Assembly (NCBI GenBank): GCA_943789025.1
Contig: CALSSN010000008.1
Span: 138,756 to 202,755, forward strand
Length of the DNA: 64,000 bases
Origin: an uncultured Verrucomicrobiales bacterium
Lineage (GTDB): Bacteria; Verrucomicrobiota; Verrucomicrobiia; Verrucomicrobiales; DEV007
Reading direction: 5' to 3'
Below are positions 44,484-53,277 of the stretch, piece after piece (within the stretch, counting starts at the first letter, position 1; each line of letters begins with the position of its first letter). A model generated the notes under the pieces. That model saw nothing but the letters and a program-made list of their open reading frames with translations, ran no database searches and was not told the origin of the DNA. A program made the translations under genes and the position numbers.

Positions 44484-47186
44484 TTGAATCTGACGGATCG
44501 TTTTTTTTCTTCCTTTGACCTGCAGCTGGTGGCCGTTCTGGCTGTCGGCCTTGCGCTCCCGTGTCATGCTCAGGAACAGGAGGATGAGCCGGCCTCCGAA
44601 AATCAGGTGCAAGCGATCGAGGTGCCCGAGAAGGTGATTCTCTTCGGTGAGGTGAGGTTGCCGGAAGGGCAGGTTGTGCCTGAGGAAGTGAGGTTGCCAG
44701 AAGAGGTCGAGTTGCTTGAGGAGGAGGAAGAGTTCGCTGCGGAGGGAGAGTTGCCCGAGGAGGTGAAGTTGCCTGCCGAAGTAAAATTTCCCGGAGCGGT
44801 CGAGGTGCCTGGAGAGGTGAGGGCACCTCAGGAAGTGCGGCTGCCCGCGGAAGTCGAGCTTCCAGGGGCGTTGGAATTGCCCGGAGCAGTGGCGGTGCCT
44901 GAAGAAGTACGGCTGCCCGGAGAAGTGCGGCTGCCCGAAGAGGGAGAAGAGGGAGAAGAGGGTCCTTCCGCGTTCCCTGGACAGGTGCCGCTTCTCGAGG
45001 GGATTGAACCGCCGGAGGAGGGAGAATTAACTCAGGAAGTGAGGTTGCCCGGGGAGGTGAAGCTTCCAGGAGAGCTGGAATTGCCTGGAGCAGAGTTGCC
45101 GGGAGCAGTGGCGGCACCTGAGGAAGTGAGGTTACCCGGAGAGGTGCGGTTGCCCGGAACAGCAGTAGAGCAGGCGAAGTTGTCGGAGGAGCTGGAGGCG
45201 CCGGAAGGGGCGCTTGAAGAAAGCGAAGCACTGGAGGCTCCTGAAGAGGTCGTGGAAGAGATCCGGCTGAGCACGACCTGGAAAACAAGAACCGAGGCAC
45301 GGGCGCTTCGGCTCATGATCCCTGCTCCTCGCGGTCAGATTGTGGATACGGCAGGGTTCCCTCTTGTTCAGAACAGGATGGCCTACCGATTGGGTCTCAA
45401 CCTTCCTCATATCAAGAATGCTCAAGAGGATGTCATTCTCGCACTGGCCAATGAAAGGCTCGCCGTCGCCAACCGGATTCTTGAAAACGAGTGGACGCTC
45501 GAGGACGAGGCGATCCTCTCGCATTACGAGCACCGGAGGTGGTTGCCGCTGCTTTTCTCAGGGACTTTGACGGATCTCCAGAAACTCAAGATCGAGGAGG
45601 CTGGAGATGATGCCGATGGGCTGATCCTGCATCCGTTTTACGAGCGTTATTATCCGCACGGCCGCTTCGCTCCGCACGTACTTGGCGCGATCAATAAAGA
45701 GATCGGTATCCCGACCGGTCCGATCGCGGATATGGATCCGATCTTTGAGGTTACCAAAGGGCGCTTCGGATTGGAAGCGTCATTCGATGAGGAGCTCACT
45801 GGGCAGGACGGCAGGATCAACATTCTCTATGACACGGATGGGACCGAACTGAGCCGGGAGATCGTGGAGCGGCCGGTTCCAGGGAGCAGTGTGGTCACCA
45901 CCCTGAACGTTCATTACCAGCGCTACGCCGAAGAGGCATTGGCTAAAAAATCGCGTGGCGGTGCCATGGTCGTGATCGATGCCCAAGGCGGGGACATTCT
46001 TGCCATGGCGTCCTACCCGAGCTTTGATCCGACTATCTGGGTCGATGGTCTCAGCTCTGTGCAATGGGAAAGCCTTCAGGAGGATCCAAGAAACCCGCTC
46101 TACGCAAAGACTTATCAGGGGAGCTACCCGCCGGCATCGACCTTCAAGACAGTGGTGGCTCTGGCGGCGCTTGAAAGTGGGCGGGTCTCAAGAAATTCGT
46201 TTTACCCGTGTCCCAGCGCGATGGCTGTAGGGAATCGAATTTTCCATAACTGGAACAAGAAGCACGAGGGAATGCTCAATGTCATTGGTGCACTGAAGCG
46301 GTCTTGCAATACGTGGTTTTACGCAGTGGCACTGGAGACTGGTTCCGACAGGGTCTTATCGACGGCCCGCAACCTTGGGTTCGGTCAACCGGTGGGGTTG
46401 CCGATTGAGGGCGAGAATTTCGGCGATCTTCCTGACAATGAGGTCCATCGCCGGCGCGTCGGATTCCCTGTTCGGGGTGGTGACCTTGCCAACATCGCTA
46501 TCGGGCAGGGACCGGTGCTGGCGACTCCGTTGCAGGTAGCCCGCTCCATGGCGGCGATCGGGACGGGGGAATACCTGACTAAGTTACGCCTTGTGAAGCA
46601 GATCCAAGACATCAACACGAATGTGCAGAAAAGCTTTCCTCCTCCGATGAAGACTCCGGTTCAGGCTTCACGGGCCAATCTGGATGTCGTGCGTGAAGGA
46701 TTGGTGGCTGTGGTTTCCGGTGGTAATGGAACCGGTCGACGTGCTGGAATTAAGTACGCCCAGGTAGCGGGGAAGACGGGGACAGCGCAGTGGGATCTCA
46801 AAAAAAACCGGAACCTCGCCTGGTTTGCGGGATTTGTCCCGGCAGTCAACCCGCGTTTTGCCTTTGCTGCGGTCTACGAAGGTGACCCCGGCGAGCGGAT
46901 TGGCGGCGGAAGTAAGGCGGCTCCGATCGTTCATGATGTGCTTTTGCGCATATATGAGAGGATGAACGCCGAGGGCAGTGACAATCAGGAAGAACTTGCT
47001 CAAACTCCGCTGGCTGCGCCGGTCCCTGTGCCAGTGGTGGTCAATGTTCCGCCGCGGGTCGTCAGGCGAGCTCCCGTTAAAGTGACGCCACCGCCTGTTC
47101 GGGTTGCGCCGCCGCCACCGCCGCCACCGCCGCCGCCGCCGCCCAAGAAGCGGAGCATTTTCAGTCGACTGTTTCGCGGCAGGTAG
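44484..47186 (+). CDS. mrdA: Penicillin-binding protein 2 (class B transpeptidase) with a long N-terminal acidic repeat insertion and a poly-Pro C-terminal tail
   Basis: 900 aa. N-terminal hydrophobic segment, about 215 aa of (E/G)(E/A)V(R/K/E)LP repeats, then PBP2 motifs APRGQIVD, STFK, SCNTWFY and KTGTAQ. The C-terminus carries 12 consecutive Pro. TTG start. Confidence 0.85.
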   Translation: MNLTDRFFSSFDLQLVAVLAVGLALPCHAQEQEDEPASENQVQAIEVPEKVILFGEVRLPEGQVVPEEVRLPEEVELLEEEEEFAAEGELPEEVKLPAEVKFPGAVEVPGEVRAPQEVRLPAEVELPGALELPGAVAVPEEVRLPGEVRLPEEGEEGEEGPSAFPGQVPLLEGIEPPEEGELTQEVRLPGEVKLPGELELPGAELPGAVAAPEEVRLPGEVRLPGTAVEQAKLSEELEAPEGALEESEALEAPEEVVEEIRLSTTWKTRTEARALRLMIPAPRGQIVDTAGFPLVQNRMAYRLGLNLPHIKNAQEDVILALANERLAVANRILENEWTLEDEAILSHYEHRRWLPLLFSGTLTDLQKLKIEEAGDDADGLILHPFYERYYPHGRFAPHVLGAINKEIGIPTGPIADMDPIFEVTKGRFGLEASFDEELTGQDGRINILYDTDGTELSREIVERPVPGSSVVTTLNVHYQRYAEEALAKKSRGGAMVVIDAQGGDILAMASYPSFDPTIWVDGLSSVQWESLQEDPRNPLYAKTYQGSYPPASTFKTVVALAALESGRVSRNSFYPCPSAMAVGNRIFHNWNKKHEGMLNVIGALKRSCNTWFYAVALETGSDRVLSTARNLGFGQPVGLPIEGENFGDLPDNEVHRRRVGFPVRGGDLANIAIGQGPVLATPLQVARSMAAIGTGEYLTKLRLVKQIQDINTNVQKSFPPPMKTPVQASRANLDVVREGLVAVVSGGNGTGRRAGIKYAQVAGKTGTAQWDLKKNRNLAWFAGFVPAVNPRFAFAAVYEGDPGERIGGGSKAAPIVHDVLLRIYERMNAEGSDNQEELAQTPLAAPVPVPVVVNVPPRVVRRAPVKVTPPPVRVAPPPPPPPPPPPPKKRSIFSRLFRGR
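44600..45260 (+). repeat. Degenerate 18-nt (hexapeptide) periodic repeat array inside the PBP2 gene
   Basis: Recurrent GAGGTGAGGTTGCC(G/A/T)GA-type units read directly, translating to EVRLPE/EVKLPA/EVELPG and similar. Confidence 0.8.
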
Positions 47187-47293
47187 AAAGAGCCAATCGG
47201 TTGGTCGACCGACAGACTGGCCGACTGGTTGATCGATCCTCCGTTTGCTTCGGCTGCGCGCGCCCTTCTCTTTCAGTCCGATACCCTGCGGGA

Positions 47294-47944
47294 TCAGTCG
47301 TTGCTCTGAGGAGTTCGGAGGACTCGAAATATTGATCCGATATCCGGCTGCCAGGATGGCGAAAGGATGGTGATGAGCAGCGCTTCTAGATTGGTCAAGG
47401 CGATCGCTGCGAGGGCGATGCGCAGGGGCCAGAGTGACCACCCGCCGAAAAGGCAGACGGCACCTGCCAAAATCAGAAACCACGAGGTCTTGGCGGCTCG
47501 CGTGTGGTAGCTCGGCCAGCGCTTGAACTTCCAGAACCCAGCCAGGGTGGAGATGGCATAGCTGGCGACAGCGGGGATAATCCAGGCGGCTTCCGCAGCT
47601 AGGGTGGCGCCTTGCAGGATGAGTGCTCCAGCAAGGAGGGCGGCGTAAAGGGTGGCATCTGCCCAGCTGTCGAGCCTGGCCCCAAGGACGGTGCGCTGGT
47701 TGAGCAGGATGGCGAGCTTGCCGTCGACCCAGTCGGTCATGGTCAGGGCGACGAAGAGCCAGAGGAAGTGGCGGTCGTTCCCGGTGCAGGCGATCGCTAC
47801 CAGCACGAAGGAACCGAGGAGCCGGATGAGGCAGAGAAAGTTAGGTACTGTGAGGACGCGGGTTGTCCGCCCTTCGTCATCTCCGGACGAGGGGGCTTCC
47901 CTCTCGCCGTCGTGAGCGTCAGTGCCTCTTACGTCGTCCACCAT
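47294..47944 (-). CDS. CDP-alcohol phosphatidyltransferase (PgsA-like)
   Basis: 216 aa. The motif DWVDGKLAILLNQRTVLGARLDSWAD fits D.xDGxxA.x8Gx3Dx3D, except that Ile replaces the usual Arg after Ala. Confidence 0.8.
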   Translation of the reverse strand: MVDDVRGTDAHDGEREAPSSGDDEGRTTRVLTVPNFLCLIRLLGSFVLVAIACTGNDRHFLWLFVALTMTDWVDGKLAILLNQRTVLGARLDSWADATLYAALLAGALILQGATLAAEAAWIIPAVASYAISTLAGFWKFKRWPSYHTRAAKTSWFLILAGAVCLFGGWSLWPLRIALAAIALTNLEALLITILSPSWQPDIGSIFRVLRTPQSND

Positions 47945-48921
47945 AGGAGAAAATAGACGAAGACGGGTGCGGTGAAGGTGATGCTGTCGATCCGGTCGAT
48001 CAAGCCGCCCATTCCCGGCATCATATTACTGCTGTCCTTGACGCCACTGTCCCGTTTGATGCCGGACATGTTGATGTCGCCGAAGAATCCGGCCACGGTG
48101 ATCAGCACGCCTGCGATGGCAGCTCCGGCAAAGCTCTGTAGCCAGGCTGGAAGCGGCAGGTGCTGCGTGGGTGGTGTTCCCAGAGTCGTCAGCCAGGGAG
48201 CAAGGAGGACTGCCAGAACAATGGTGACGAGCATTCCCCCGATCAGGCCTTCCCAGGTCTTGTTGGGCGAGATCACTGGAGCAATGCGGTGGCGTTTTCC
48301 GGCCCCGATGGCCCTCCCGATGATGGCTTGGAAAATGTCGTCGGCCTCGGTCAGAATGAGCAGGAAGAGGAACCACCCTGCGGGACCTGCCGGGCCACCT
48401 GATGAGGCAGGCAGGATGAAAAGATAAGCCGCGTGGGACATTCCGTAGACGATCACTACCACGCCCCAGAAGAGCCCGCCGGTGGTGCGGATGTATCCCG
48501 GTGCCTTCCCCTGGACCAGTTGCACGACTGCGAGAAGAGCCAGCCCCCCGAGAGGAACAAAGACGAGAAAGGCAGAGGGCTGATCGAAGAGGATGAGCAG
48601 GTAGTTGACGACGGTGATGGCGTAGGCGGCGAGGAGAGCCGGCCGTTCGGTCGTCTCAATCTTGAGGAGAGTTGCATATTCGCGGAGCGCGATGATCCCT
48701 GCCGCGGCGAGGAGCAGGCAGATGCCGAGCCGGCCGGCGAGCAGGCAAAGACCCACCACGAGCGCGACCATCCACCAGGTCCGCAAGCTGGCGAATCGTT
48801 TCCTGCGCAACCTCTCGTCCGCCTTGCGCAGGCTCAGAAACCGCAGCGCCGAGCCGACCACGAGAGCAACAAAGACAGCGCCGAAAATCGAAAGGAGCGC
48901 TGGCGAGGCTGAGGTGATCAT
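47929..48921 (-). CDS. cdsA: Phosphatidate cytidylyltransferase (CDP-diacylglycerol synthase)
   Basis: 330 aa, polytopic. C-terminal signature SGIKRDSGVKDSSNMMPGMGGLIDRIDS. Confidence 0.85.
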   Translation of the reverse strand: MITSASPALLSIFGAVFVALVVGSALRFLSLRKADERLRRKRFASLRTWWMVALVVGLCLLAGRLGICLLLAAAGIIALREYATLLKIETTERPALLAAYAITVVNYLLILFDQPSAFLVFVPLGGLALLAVVQLVQGKAPGYIRTTGGLFWGVVVIVYGMSHAAYLFILPASSGGPAGPAGWFLFLLILTEADDIFQAIIGRAIGAGKRHRIAPVISPNKTWEGLIGGMLVTIVLAVLLAPWLTTLGTPPTQHLPLPAWLQSFAGAAIAGVLITVAGFFGDINMSGIKRDSGVKDSSNMMPGMGGLIDRIDSITFTAPVFVYFLLWWTT

Positions 48922-48935
48922 GAAAGCAGAGGCAG

Positions 48936-49679
48936 CTATTGTCCGGGTTCCGACAAATCACCATCGCTGCCGGTATCCTTCAGTATTCCAAGTTTGCTGG
49001 TAGACCACCGAAATACAATGGGAAAGATCGCACTAGCGGCGAGCGCTGCGAGGAGAGCGCCGTCGATCAGAGACTCGACGCCGTCCTCGGCGAGGCGGTC
49101 GAGCGAGGGGAGCCGGACCCCGACCCAGGCAAAAATCGCGGTGCCGGGCAGAAGCCCCAGGGCGGTAGTCCAGCAGAAAGTCCGCACGTGAACCCGGCTC
49201 GCCCCACTGGCCAGATTGACGATGGAAAAAGGAAAGTGCGCCATCCTCAGAGTCAGCAGGTAGAAGGCTCCTTCTTTTTTGAGGTGCCGGTTGAGGGCGC
49301 TGAGGAACTTTTCATAACGGCGTTCGATCCAGTCCCGGAAGATGTAACGACTGAGATAAAAGTTCACGGTCGCCGCCAGTGTCAGCCCGATGATGACGAT
49401 GGGCACCGCTCGCCAGAACCCGAAAAGCCACCCGAAGATGATCGATTTTCCCGAGGTTCCGGGCACCAGTGAGACGATCGCGTAGATCGCAAGTCCGATC
49501 GCAAATGAGCGCCACGGTTGATCATTAATGCTCTCACGGAGGCGCTGCTCTTTGACGATAAGCTCCTCGAGCGAGACGTGATTTTTCAGGTAGTAGGCAA
49601 GCCCTGCGAGGACGGTGGCTGCCAGCACGAGGAAAAGCAGCTTCTTCTTCGTGCCCTGGCGGCGGATCTTCGCGTTCAT
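48936..49679 (-). CDS. TVP38/TMEM64 (DedA-superfamily, VTT domain) membrane protein
   Basis: 247 aa, polytopic. The segment FYLSRYIFRDWI...FYLLTLRMAHFPFSIVNLASG resembles the VTT domain. Confidence 0.75.
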   Translation of the reverse strand: MNAKIRRQGTKKKLLFLVLAATVLAGLAYYLKNHVSLEELIVKEQRLRESINDQPWRSFAIGLAIYAIVSLVPGTSGKSIIFGWLFGFWRAVPIVIIGLTLAATVNFYLSRYIFRDWIERRYEKFLSALNRHLKKEGAFYLLTLRMAHFPFSIVNLASGASRVHVRTFCWTTALGLLPGTAIFAWVGVRLPSLDRLAEDGVESLIDGALLAALAASAIFPIVFRWSTSKLGILKDTGSDGDLSEPGQ

Positions 49680-50587
49680 GAGGATGCCGGTTCTGTGCCC
49701 GGGGTTGCGGAAAGCGGTTGGGCGCCGCCGAGAGGCTTTCCTGCGCGCGGGAAAAGATGCCTGCTGAGCGGGGCAAACTCCCGCTGGTCTTCGAAATACA
49801 TAAAGTGGGTGACCGAGAGGATGTCCGGGCCGACCTCAATTAAATTGAAGGTGTTTTCGTTGCGCTCACGCCCGCGTCCGCGGCTCGAAGTGGTGGTTCC
49901 GCATTGCACGATAATGATCCCCCTGTCGCGGTGGTTGCCTGGGAAGAAATCGAGTGAGTTGCCTATGTAGGAGCGGTGCAGGTGCCCGCCGAGGATCATC
50001 TCCACCCCCTGGTCGACGAAGCAGTCGATGGCGCGACGCGCCTTGGGCATCGTCCAGTCTCGCAGGTAGTCCGGGCCGGGTGCGAAGTGGTGGTGAGCCA
50101 CCACGATGCGCACTGTCTCCGGCGGCTCCTCATGGAAGATGCGCTCGCAGTGATCAAGCTGCTCCAGATGGACTCGGCCGTTTGAAATTGATCTTCGTGG
50201 CGAGGTTGAATCGAGCCCTACCAGAGTGATCCCGCCAAGGCGCAGGATCGGGTTCAAGTCGTCACTGATGACATCGCGGTAGTTTTTGTGGGGTGTGAAG
50301 AGGCGCTCCGGGATCCTCCAGAGAGGCACGTCGTGGTTGCCGGGAATCACCAGCATGGGCACCCTGGGAAGCCGCTCGAGAAAGCTGCGCGCGGCCTCGA
50401 ATTCGTTGCGCCTGGCACGCTGGGAAAGATCGCCGCTCACCACGATGGCTTCTGGCTCAAGCGAAGGGACGATCCTTTGCAGTGCCTCACCGACTTCATG
50501 GACGTAGGGATCTCCGAAGTGTAGATCCGAGATGTGCAGGATCTTTCGCATGTTTTCGGAAGAATGGTCCACAGGAATCAGCTTCAC
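49676..50587 (-). CDS. Metallophosphoesterase (calcineurin-like)
   Basis: 303 aa. ILHISDLHFGD, SGDLS, GNHD and HHH motifs. Its stop overlaps the downstream start by 4 nt. Confidence 0.8.
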   Translation of the reverse strand: MKLIPVDHSSENMRKILHISDLHFGDPYVHEVGEALQRIVPSLEPEAIVVSGDLSQRARRNEFEAARSFLERLPRVPMLVIPGNHDVPLWRIPERLFTPHKNYRDVISDDLNPILRLGGITLVGLDSTSPRRSISNGRVHLEQLDHCERIFHEEPPETVRIVVAHHHFAPGPDYLRDWTMPKARRAIDCFVDQGVEMILGGHLHRSYIGNSLDFFPGNHRDRGIIIVQCGTTTSSRGRGRERNENTFNLIEVGPDILSVTHFMYFEDQREFAPLSRHLFPRAGKPLGGAQPLSATPGTEPASS

Positions 50588-50828
50588 CCGGGAGCGATGA
50601 TGTTGTCAAAGCGACAGGTTGGGAGGAGTCGAGGAAATTGCGCGCAGATTCTCCTCTGGGGTATCATTGACCCTGTTTTTCGAGCGATCAAAGACGGGTG
50701 CTTTGAATATTTGAGAGTTCGCTCTGTTTGTCCATCCATTCTGAACGAAGAACGAATTTTCTCAGCAAATTGGGTCGATTTTCTTCCCTTTGGCAGATAG
50801 TCTTGATCGAAAGAATCCTGAAACCCGA

Positions 50829-51773
50829 ATGGAGCGTGGAAATGAAAAAATATTGATTCATATCGGCCTCGACAAGTGCGGTTCGACTGCGATCCAGGCT
50901 TCCTTTAATCGCAATCAGGCTGCCTTTGATGCTGCAGGGGTTGTTTATCCAACCACCGGAAAACTTTGCGGGCATCATGTGAGTCTTGCCAACCTGTTCG
51001 GGTTCGGTTTTGTCAAGATAGAGGAAGAACACGCCGAGGAATTACGCTCGTGTCTTGAGGCCGAGATTAAAAATGCCAGGACGGTGGTTTTGAGCTCTGA
51101 GCACTTTTCATACGCATGTTCCGAAGAAGGCATTCGAAAACTTGCTGCCTTCTGCTCGGGATTTGAGGTCAGAATTGTTCTGGTCCTTCGGAATCAGATT
51201 GATTGGCTGGAAGCTCAATACAGCGAAACGATCAAATGGGGGAACCAGCAAACCTTCGAGGATTTTTTGGCTGAAAATGTCGATGGTGCCGACTATTCCG
51301 AGCTGCTTCGGCAATGGGAAGCCTGCTTTGATGGGCGGATCGAGCTGCTGATTTTTGATGCGGAACCCGAGGAACTTGTTCTTAGGTTCCATCAGCTTGT
51401 GGGAACTGCGGATCTTTCTCCCCCTCAGAAGAAAAAGCATAACGTGTCGCCATCGGCTGTGGTGATGGAGATCATCAGAAAAGTGAACTCCTTGAATCGC
51501 CAGTCTGAAGTTTCCCAGGAGACATATGACAACTTAAAGCGAATTCAGAGCGACATCATGGCGATAGCCGACCGAGAGAAAACCGTGGGGTCGAATTTCA
51601 AGTGGTCTTCTCAGGCCGTAGCAAGGCTCAGAGAGTTTGAGGCCGGCAATCAGGCAATTGCAAAAAAGTATCTGGGAAAGAAAGACCTGTTTCCCGAATC
51701 GATGGGGGCTTACATTCATCGCAACGTGAGTGATGAGAAGAATATTGATAACAGCCAGGCGGCAGATCAGTGA
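50829..51773 (+). CDS. Sulfotransferase-like P-loop protein (tentative)
   Basis: ORF 50790..51773, first ATG at 50829. HIGLDKCGST resembles the PAPS 5'-phosphosulfate-binding loop, followed by SSEHF and VLRNQIDWLEAQYSE. Assignment is by motif memory. Confidence 0.5.
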   Translation: MERGNEKILIHIGLDKCGSTAIQASFNRNQAAFDAAGVVYPTTGKLCGHHVSLANLFGFGFVKIEEEHAEELRSCLEAEIKNARTVVLSSEHFSYACSEEGIRKLAAFCSGFEVRIVLVLRNQIDWLEAQYSETIKWGNQQTFEDFLAENVDGADYSELLRQWEACFDGRIELLIFDAEPEELVLRFHQLVGTADLSPPQKKKHNVSPSAVVMEIIRKVNSLNRQSEVSQETYDNLKRIQSDIMAIADREKTVGSNFKWSSQAVARLREFEAGNQAIAKKYLGKKDLFPESMGAYIHRNVSDEKNIDNSQAADQ

Positions 51774-51848
51774 GATCTTTGAAAGGGGTAGTTGCTTTTC
51801 AAGCTGCTCTTGCGTGTTAAGATCCTTTTCTTTTTCAGGTAATTAATA

Positions 51849-53111
51849 ATGAAAAAAATCGCAATTGTTGGCCTCGGTTATGTGGGCTTGCCCCTGGCTG
51901 TTTGTTTTGCCAGAAAATTTTCGGTGCTCGGCTTCGATATCGACGCTCGGCGGATCGAAGAGTTGCAGTCGCATCACGATCGCACCCGCGAGGTCGATGC
52001 TGAGACCTTGGCGCAGACTTCGTCGCTCGAGTTCAGTGCCGACCCGGCCAGCCTCGGCTCGGCAGATGTGGTTATCGTCACCGTTCCGACTCCGATTGAC
52101 GAGCATAAGAAGCCGGATCTCAGGCCCCTGTTGGGTGCGTCGCGGACGGTGGGGCAACACCTCACTGCGGGTACCACCGTAGTTTACGAGTCGACTGTTT
52201 ACCCCGGTGCGACTGAGGAAGACTGCGTGCCGATTCTTGAGGCCGAGAGCGGCCTCACCTGGAAAAAAGACTTCCACGTGGGCTATTCTCCCGAGCGCAT
52301 CAACCCCGGTGACCGTGACCACACAGTGGATAAAATTCTCAAGGTGGTTTCAGGAGACTCGCCGGAAACGACGCAAGCTCTTGTCGACCTTTACGGCGCG
52401 GTGATCACCGCGGGGGTCTTTACCGCCGCTTCGATCCAGACTGCCGAGGCAGCCAAGATCATCGAAAACTGCCAGCGGGACATCAATATCGCTTTCGTCA
52501 ATGAACTGGCCCTCATCTTTCAGAGAATGGGTCTGGATACAGCTGCCGTCCTCGAGGCTGCGGGGAGTAAATGGAACTTCCTGCCCTTCAAGCCAGGCCT
52601 TGTGGGAGGCCATTGTATCGGAGTCGATCCCTACTATCTGACCCACAAGGCAGAATCGATCGGCTACCACCCGCAGGTGATCCTTGCCGGCCGGCGGATC
52701 AATGACAACATGGGAGCGCACATCGCCAATCGTGTGGTTAAGCTGCTCATTGCCCGCGATGCCCGGGTTCGTCATGCTCGCGTCCTGGTGCTTGGGTGTA
52801 CTTTCAAGGAGAATTGCCCTGATACGCGGAACACAAAGGCCATCGATATTGTCCGTGAGTTGCAGGAGTTCGGCATGACTGTGGATGTTCATGACCCGTG
52901 GGCGGACCCGAACGAGGTGGAGACCGAGTATGGCATGCGCCTCCTCGAGCAGCTTCCGGATGCCGAGGGCTCCGGCTACCAGGCAGTCATTCACGCGGTA
53001 GCCCACGACCGGTTCAAGGAACTCGACCTGGCAAGCCTGCTGGTCGACGACGGCTTCATCTACGATGTCAAATCCACCCTGCCAGCCGGTCTCGCTGTGG
53101 AAAGGCTTTAG
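51849..53111 (+). CDS. Nucleotide-sugar dehydrogenase, TviB/WbpO-like (UDP-N-acetyl-hexosamine 6-dehydrogenase)
   Basis: 420 aa. MKKIAIVGLGYVGLPLAVCFA Rossmann N-terminus, catalytic GGHCIGVDPYY. Confidence 0.85.
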   Translation: MKKIAIVGLGYVGLPLAVCFARKFSVLGFDIDARRIEELQSHHDRTREVDAETLAQTSSLEFSADPASLGSADVVIVTVPTPIDEHKKPDLRPLLGASRTVGQHLTAGTTVVYESTVYPGATEEDCVPILEAESGLTWKKDFHVGYSPERINPGDRDHTVDKILKVVSGDSPETTQALVDLYGAVITAGVFTAASIQTAEAAKIIENCQRDINIAFVNELALIFQRMGLDTAAVLEAAGSKWNFLPFKPGLVGGHCIGVDPYYLTHKAESIGYHPQVILAGRRINDNMGAHIANRVVKLLIARDARVRHARVLVLGCTFKENCPDTRNTKAIDIVRELQEFGMTVDVHDPWADPNEVETEYGMRLLEQLPDAEGSGYQAVIHAVAHDRFKELDLASLLVDDGFIYDVKSTLPAGLAVERL

Positions 53112-53277
53112 GCGTCAGGAAGAAATGAGTTATCTGCTGGCATCAAGGTTCTGCGGCCCGCAGTATGCCGGGTGGTGTGGAACGGAAGGTGCAGGGCGTG
53201 TGCCTGATCCCTTGTCAGACTTGACCATCACGAGGCACTCTTCATTGCCGTTCTGAAATTCAACCGAAAGGGGTTTT

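Noticed and set aside
44437-45300. 287-aa proline-rich minus-strand ORF
   Set aside because: It is the antisense mirror of the PBP2 repeat region, since GAG/GTG-rich codons read as CTC/CAC on the other strand. The plus-strand frame continues uninterrupted into a canonical PBP2.
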